A DNA stretch of 10,176 nucleotides. Origin: Eubacteriales bacterium (lineage in GTDB: Bacteria > Bacillota > Clostridia > Oscillospirales > CAG-272). Shown piece after piece: positions 6,497 through 10,176 of this stretch. Location: positions 1-10,176 of the forward strand of contig JAZQRT010000080.1 of assembly GCA_045629725.1 (NCBI GenBank), in the 5' to 3' direction. The position numbers were made by a program, and so were the translations under genes. The notes beneath the pieces were generated by a model. That model searched no databases. It worked only from the letters and a program-made list of their open reading frames with translations, and had not been told where the DNA came from. Positions within the stretch are counted from its first letter, which is position 1. Every line of letters starts with the position of its first letter.

Positions 6497-7900
6497 TTAC
6501 TCTGCGCTTTGCTCATTTTCAACGGAAACTGCTTCCGTTGTGGGTATTTTCTTTCCAAGAACCTCGGGAAGCTGCATTCCTGCAAGAGAGAATACCTCTT
6601 CAAGAGGGGGAACTGACTTCATCATGCCTGAAAGGAAGTTTGCGGTTGAAGTCTTACCGTCACCGTTTTGACCGCCGTCCCAAACAGTAACCTTATCGAT
6701 CTTGATATTCTTGATCGCGTCAACCTGTACACGCATAAGGTCTTCAAGCTTATCGGCTATAAGAAGCTTAAGAGCCGCATCTGTGTCGCCGCCTGCGGAT
6801 TTTACGATCTCTGCAAAACCTGCAGCCTGCTTTTTAAGGATCTCCTCAACGCCTCGAGCCTGTGCTTCCATCTTTGCATAGATAGCATCAGCCTCACCCT
6901 GTGCGCGTCTTCTCATCTGCTCAGCCTCAGCCTCAGCTTCAAGTTCCATTTCCTTCTTCTTAGCCTCTGCACGAACGATAACATCTGCCTCGAGTGTTGC
7001 CTGTTCCTTGGAGCGTCTTGCTTCTTCTGCCGCTCTTTCTGCCGCATAGGACTCCTCAAGGGCTTTCGCTGCCTGGATCTTTTCTGCTGTTGTTGCGATC
7101 TTCATAGCCTCAGCCTGCTTTTCCTTGAGGGCAGCCTCGGACATCGCGATATTCATTTTTGCTGCGTTTTCACCCTGGATAGCAATTGAATTGGACTCGG
7201 AAACCTTGATTCTCTGCTCCATGTGTGCGTTTGCTTCACCGATAGAACCGTCTCTTTCCTGCTCCGCAACGCTCTTTTTAGCATCGTTGATAGCCTTTGC
7301 TGCCGCTTCCTTACCAAGAGCCGCGATATATCCGGACTCATCGCTGATGTCTGTTACGTTTACGTTGATAAGTCTAAGACCGATCTTCTTAAGCTCTGTT
7401 TCCACGTTGCTGCTGACAGCCGCAAGGAACTTGTCACGGTCTGTATTGATCTCCTCGATATCCATCGTTGCAATTACAAGACGGAGCTGACCGAAGATGA
7501 TATCCTTTGAAAGCTCCTGAATCTCGGAAAGCTGGAGTCCGAGAAGTCTTTCAGCCGCATTCTGCATTACGCCGGGCTCTGTTGAGATACCTACTGTAAA
7601 TCTTGAAGGTACGTCAATTCTGATGTTCTGACGTGAAAGTGCATTCTTAAGGTCAACCTGAATTGAAATGGGAGTCAGGTCAAGGTATGAATACGCCTGA
7701 AATATCGGAACAACGAATTCCGCGCCGCCGTGGATACACTTTGAGTTTCTGTTTGTGCCATCCTTGTTTTTACCGATAGAACCGTAGATAACCATGATCT
7801 TGTCGGAAGGACACTTCTTGTATCTTGAGAAGATCCATGCAAGGAAGGAAACAAGTATAATTACTATTGCGCCAATAAGAAAAATTACTTCTTGAGTCAT
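6497..7900 (-). CDS. floT: Flotillin-like SPFH/band-7 protein (FloT / YuaG / YqiK type), 467 aa.
   Basis: N-terminal TM, then an SPFH domain with KCIHGGAEFVVPIFQ (compare B. subtilis FloT KIVRGGGTFVLPVFQ). A long Ala/Glu/Lys-rich coiled-coil region (EA repeats) and a C-terminal DKVTVWDGGQNG (compare DKITVVDTGGSG) follow. The true start is ATG at 7900, with GGAGG 8 nt upstream. The ORF-track TTG at 7915 lies inside the RBS. Confidence 0.9.
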   Translation of the reverse strand: MTQEVIFLIGAIVIILVSFLAWIFSRYKKCPSDKIMVIYGSIGKNKDGTNRNSKCIHGGAEFVVPIFQAYSYLDLTPISIQVDLKNALSRQNIRIDVPSRFTVGISTEPGVMQNAAERLLGLQLSEIQELSKDIIFGQLRLVIATMDIEEINTDRDKFLAAVSSNVETELKKIGLRLINVNVTDISDESGYIAALGKEAAAKAINDAKKSVAEQERDGSIGEANAHMEQRIKVSESNSIAIQGENAAKMNIAMSEAALKEKQAEAMKIATTAEKIQAAKALEESYAAERAAEEARRSKEQATLEADVIVRAEAKKKEMELEAEAEAEQMRRRAQGEADAIYAKMEAQARGVEEILKKQAAGFAEIVKSAGGDTDAALKLLIADKLEDLMRVQVDAIKNIKIDKVTVWDGGQNGDGKTSTANFLSGMMKSVPPLEEVFSLAGMQLPEVLGKKIPTTEAVSVENEQSAE

Positions 7901-7936
7901 TTGTTTTTCCTCCAAATAAAAAATTTAATTAATACA

Positions 7937-7952
7937 AAACTGATATCAGTTT
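7937..7952. promoter_or_regulatory. Perfect 16-bp palindrome AAACTGATATCAGTTT in the 69-nt spacer between the NfeD-like and flotillin genes.
   Basis: Self-complementary sequence read directly from the window. It is a candidate operator or processing site. Its function is unknown. Confidence 0.3.
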
Positions 7953-7969
7953 ATATTTATACGTTTTGT

Positions 7970-8614
7970 TTACTTGCGCTTTACCACAAGTGTTGTTTTG
8001 CCGCTGAGTCCGATTACGGTAACCTCGCTTCCCGTGGGAATTGGTGTGCCTTCGTCCGTAACCGCTTCTCTTTCGGAATATACGCCTTGAAGCATGATAT
8101 GTACCTTGCCAAGTCCCGATCTTTCAGCAGGGATCACAAGCTGAACTCTGCCGGAAACACCCAGAGCATTTTTGTTGTCCGTTGTTCCGTCGCTTCGAAG
8201 CTTCATGACCCATCTTACAAGCAGTGCAAGTAAGAACATCATTGCAAGACCGCAAAGCGTTGAAACAAGTATCGTCCATGCAAGAGAGAGTCCTCCGTTG
8301 TATGCAACCACACCAACCCAACCGAATACGGTAAAGAAAGCCATTATACCTCTTACGGAGAAAATTCGAAGTCCGTCAAGTCCCGAAATATCATCGGCAT
8401 CGGGGATATCACCATCTCCGTATATTCCGTCCGAGGAATCACCGTCGGGCATATCAATATCCCCGTCTGCATCAGCACCTGAATCCCCTCCAAAGCCTAT
8501 AAACATTAAGATCGTCTGTATGAGCGTTATCAGCGTAGTAGGCAACGCTATACACGCAAACACTTGGGATACAAGTCCAAGTGAATTCCACCATTCAATA
8601 AAAAACATTTCCAT
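7970..8614 (-). CDS. NfeD-like (YuaF/YqiJ-type) membrane protein with a C-terminal OB-fold beta-barrel, 214 aa (or 212 aa from the second ATG at 8608).
   Basis: Sits immediately upstream of and co-oriented with the flotillin gene, the classic NfeD-SPFH pairing. Two hydrophobic segments and a C-terminal GRVQLVIPAERSGLGKVHIMLQGVYSER...EVTVIGLSGKTTLVVKR typical of the NfeD short-form OB domain. It has an unusual Asp/Gly-rich insert. RBS AAAGGAAG abuts the first ATG, so the second ATG (8608) has the better spacing. Confidence 0.8.
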   Translation of the reverse strand: MEMFFIEWWNSLGLVSQVFACIALPTTLITLIQTILMFIGFGGDSGADADGDIDMPDGDSSDGIYGDGDIPDADDISGLDGLRIFSVRGIMAFFTVFGWVGVVAYNGGLSLAWTILVSTLCGLAMMFLLALLVRWVMKLRSDGTTDNKNALGVSGRVQLVIPAERSGLGKVHIMLQGVYSEREAVTDEGTPIPTGSEVTVIGLSGKTTLVVKRK

Positions 8615-8627
8615 CTTCCTTTCTTAC

Positions 8628-9182
8628 TTAATAAAGTGCGGTAAGCATTTGGTCTGCAGTTTGTCTGAACTGCGTAGCAAAGTGTCCGTAGATCATTACC
8701 TGAAGAATTTGCTCAAGCTTCTTTTTGGCACCCGGAATCGGTTCTACATAATCCTCAACCGCTCGCCTTGCACTCTCAGCAACAGTATCGGGACGAAGTA
8801 TATCAATATCTCCCCCCGCGATCATATCTACGTAACGATGATAAAGCTCATCATCTGAAATAAGATCGTCAGTTTCGTCCTCAAGCTCTCCTCCGATAAC
8901 CTTGATCAGATTGCATATCTTGTCTATCTGCAACGACTCTCTCAACATATTTATTATTACGATCCTCGCAAATTGACTTTTTGAATAAACTCTTTTTTTG
9001 GGAGACGTCAAAAATCCTCTTTTTACCCAGTTTTGTACAACGTATGGCTCAAGTCCCGTCATAACCGAAACCTGTGAAAGTGTTATACCCCCTGTTGCGA
9101 AGATACCGTCAAAAAGAATTTTTGAACTTCCCTTTTCAATGATTTTAACTTCTATGGTCGTTCCCGGAAACAATTTCGACAT
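8628..9182 (-). CDS. Small MerR-like helix-turn-helix protein (DUF1836-like), 184 aa. First gene of the flotillin operon.
   Basis: RBS GGAGGTG 6 nt upstream of ATG at 9182. The ORF-track extension to 9230 translates across the RBS. The segment GITLSQVSVMTGLEPYVVQNWVKRGFL resembles a MerR-family HTH. The C-terminus is acidic. The stop lies 13 nt before the NfeD start. Confidence 0.55.
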   Translation of the reverse strand: MSKLFPGTTIEVKIIEKGSSKILFDGIFATGGITLSQVSVMTGLEPYVVQNWVKRGFLTSPKKRVYSKSQFARIVIINMLRESLQIDKICNLIKVIGGELEDETDDLISDDELYHRYVDMIAGGDIDILRPDTVAESARRAVEDYVEPIPGAKKKLEQILQVMIYGHFATQFRQTADQMLTALY

Positions 9183-9220
9183 CCTATCACCTCCATTCGA
9201 GTCTTTTCTTCTGTGTCTTA

Positions 9221-9249
9221 ATTGTAGCACATGGTCGCGTGATTGTCAA
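9221..9249 (-). promoter_or_regulatory. Consensus sigma-70 promoter TTGACA-17 nt-TACAAT on the minus strand, driving the MerR-like / NfeD / flotillin / lipoprotein operon.
   Basis: The reverse complement of 9244-9249 is TTGACA and the reverse complement of 9221-9226 is TACAAT, with a 17-nt spacer. An A-rich UP-like tract lies upstream (reverse complement of 9250-9270). Confidence 0.7.
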
Positions 9250-9434
9250 GAGAGTTGGAGTGATTTTTGTTGATTCTGCGTTATGCACAAATCTATCCCG
9301 CGTTTTTTGTAAACCTTAAACAAAACAAGTTATTGACAATAACATAATCAAACAAACTTCTGTCGCAAAACATTTTAAAACATCTCATTTAATATTTTTT
9401 TAAAAATTTTTCATATTTTTTTAAAAAAAGCTAT

Positions 9435-9462
9435 TGACAAATGCACTTTAGTGTGGTAATAT
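9435..9462 (+). promoter_or_regulatory. Sigma-70 promoter TTGACA-16 nt-TAATAT with an extended -10 TG, preceded by AT-rich direct repeats (ATATTTTTTTAAAAA twice) resembling an UP element. It drives the leader ORF and metN.
   Basis: TTGACA at 9435-9440 and TGgTAATAT at 9454-9462. The upstream tracts at 9400-9430 are A/T-rich. Confidence 0.65.
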
Positions 9463-9505
9463 GCTTTCATAAATTTTGAAAGACTTGTGGAAAGGAGACT
9501 ATATC

Positions 9506-9604
9506 ATGTTTGCAAAAAGATCCAAGATGATGATGGATATGATGATGCGCATGTCAGCCATGTGTATGTTTTGTTGTGCAAATTATGATAGAGTCCTTGC
9601 TTAA
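9506..9604 (+). CDS. Short Met/Cys-rich leader ORF, 32 codons: MFAKRSKMMMDMMMRMSAMCMFCCANYDRVLA. It is a candidate leader peptide of a metNIQ attenuator.
   Basis: Strong RBS aaaggag at 9491-9497 with an 8-nt spacer to ATG at 9506. 10 of 32 codons are AUG and 3 are Cys. It sits between the promoter at 9435-9462 and the intrinsic terminator at 9648-9675, upstream of metN. Confidence 0.5.
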   Translation: MFAKRSKMMMDMMMRMSAMCMFCCANYDRVLA

Positions 9605-9647
9605 ATCGCGAAGTCATCAACATCGTCTTTCTTAATGTTGTAATCTT

Positions 9648-9675
9648 GCGGAGAGTGCGGCTCTCCGCTTTTTAT
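9648..9675 (+). terminator. Intrinsic terminator in the metN 5' leader, a putative attenuator.
   Basis: Stem gcggagag(t) / (g)ctctccgc, 8-9 bp and GC-rich, with a 3-5 nt loop, followed by tttttatttg. It sits 43 nt after the leader-ORF stop and ~28 nt before the metN RBS. Confidence 0.7.
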
Positions 9676-9702
9676 TTGTAAACTCAAAGGAGTTGTGATA
9701 AG

Positions 9703-10176
9703 TTGAACACAATGATAAAAATAGAACACCTTAACAAGACCTACCACCTGAAATCGGGTAACGTAGATGCTGTTAAGGATGTAAACCTCGATATTAAAGA
9801 GGGAGAGATATACGGTGTTATCGGTTATTCGGGAGCAGGAAAATCTTCCCTTATCCGATGCGTCAACCTTCTTGAAATACCCGATTCGGGTGCCATCACT
9901 GTTGGTGAAGAAAAACTGACTTGGATGGAAAACGATAAAATGAAGGTCATCAAGACCTCGAAGTTAAACAAAGCCCGCCGCGGTATCGGAATGATATTTC
10001 AGCACTTCAATCTTCTTGACAGAAGCACGGTGTTCGACAACGTGGCATATCCCCTGAAGCATTCGGGAATGTCAAAATCCGAAATTTCCCAAAGAGTCAA
10101 GGAGCTTTTGGAGCTTGTGGACCTTACGGATAAGATCGACGTTTATCCCTCCCAGCTTTCCGGCGGACAGAAGCAG
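9703..10176 (+). CDS. metN: Methionine ABC transporter ATP-binding protein MetN, N-terminal 158 codons. It is truncated at the window end.
   Basis: RBS aaaggag at 9686-9692. The start is either TTG at 9703 (10-nt spacer) or the in-frame ATG at 9712 (MIKIEHL..., matching the MetN N-terminus MIKLSNI of E. coli and MINLQDV of B. subtilis). Walker A GYSGAGKSSLIRCVNLLE, then ARRGIGMIFQHFNLL, then the LSGGQKQ signature. These are near-identical in pattern to E. coli and B. subtilis MetN. Confidence 0.9.
   Translation, partial: MNTMIKIEHLNKTYHLKSGNVDAVKDVNLDIKEGEIYGVIGYSGAGKSSLIRCVNLLEIPDSGAITVGEEKLTWMENDKMKVIKTSKLNKARRGIGMIFQHFNLLDRSTVFDNVAYPLKHSGMSKSEISQRVKELLELVDLTDKIDVYPSQLSGGQKQ

Noticed and set aside
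6917-6945. GCCTCA x3 tandem repeat with an adjacent GC-rich periodicity inside floT. It raised the possibility of a repeat element or slippage site.
   Set aside because: It encodes the Ala-Glu repeats of the flotillin coiled-coil region. It reflects protein-level low complexity, not a mobile or regulatory repeat.
6668-7510. Plus-strand ORFs (6668-7189, 7125-7490, 7223-7510) that are antisense to the flotillin gene.
   Set aside because: They lie entirely inside a high-confidence minus-strand CDS. They have Cys/Leu/Ser-rich, low-complexity translations typical of shadow ORFs opposite GC-rich, Ala/Glu-rich coding sequence. No RBS is present.
7892-9273. Plus-strand ORFs 7892-8233, 8172-8858 and 8998-9273, antisense to the NfeD-like and MerR-like genes.
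   Set aside because: They overlap convincing minus-strand genes that have RBSs and family signatures. Their translations are Ser/Pro-rich, there are no RBSs, and they run head-on into the operon promoter.
9250-9700. Looked for an S-box (SAM-I) riboswitch or a Met T-box upstream of metN.
   Set aside because: No GGGA...CCC S-box core was found, and there is neither a T-box AGGGUGGNACCGCG motif nor a ~250-nt structured leader. The region is AT-rich, and only a ~200-nt leader holding the small ORF and the terminator is present.
1-10176. Searched for mobile elements, CRISPR arrays, toxin-antitoxin pairs and defence-system hallmarks.
   Set aside because: There are no transposase, integrase or recombinase-like ORFs, no regularly spaced direct repeats, and no nuclease, ATPase or toxin-like small gene pairs. 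The window looks like core or accessory envelope genes, not a mobile or defence island.

Overview
Low-GC bacterial chromosomal window, with Firmicutes-like or spirochaete-like signals (AAAGGAG-type ribosome-binding sites (RBS), sigma-70 TTGACA/TATAAT promoters, some TTG starts). It carries nine convincing protein genes in a cell-envelope / membrane context, and no transposase, integrase, CRISPR array or tRNA/rRNA is visible.

Plus strand:
- An acyltransferase-3 family integral membrane protein (600-1613).
- Two tandem paralogous lipoproteins (1752-2843 and 2883-3905). Their signal-peptide coding sequences are almost identical at the nucleotide level, their bodies are divergent, and both end in a conserved C-x-D-H-x-H-x-M-F motif.
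- A divergent LytR-CpsA-Psr (LCP) family protein (4026-5471) with its own consensus promoter and terminator.

Minus strand:
- An apparent 4-gene operon: MerR-like small HTH protein (8628-9182), NfeD-like membrane protein with an Asp-rich loop (7970-8614), FloT/YqiK-type flotillin (6497-7900) and a lipoprotein (5627-6403). A consensus promoter sits at 9221-9249 and a bidirectional terminator is shared with the convergent LCP gene.

3' end:
- The 5' part of a metN-type methionine ABC transporter ATPase (from ~9703). Upstream of it lie a near-consensus extended -10 promoter, a strongly RBS-preceded 32-codon ORF with 10 Met and 3 Cys codons (9506-9604), and an intrinsic terminator (9648-9675).
- This arrangement is a candidate methionine/sulfur-amino-acid leader-peptide attenuator. 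No S-box or T-box is visible.

Other regulatory signals:
- A second promoter/antiterminator-like leader in front of the lipoprotein pair.
- Several palindromes and short repeat clusters in intergenic regions.

All functional calls are inferred from recognisable sequence motifs. No database searches could be run.
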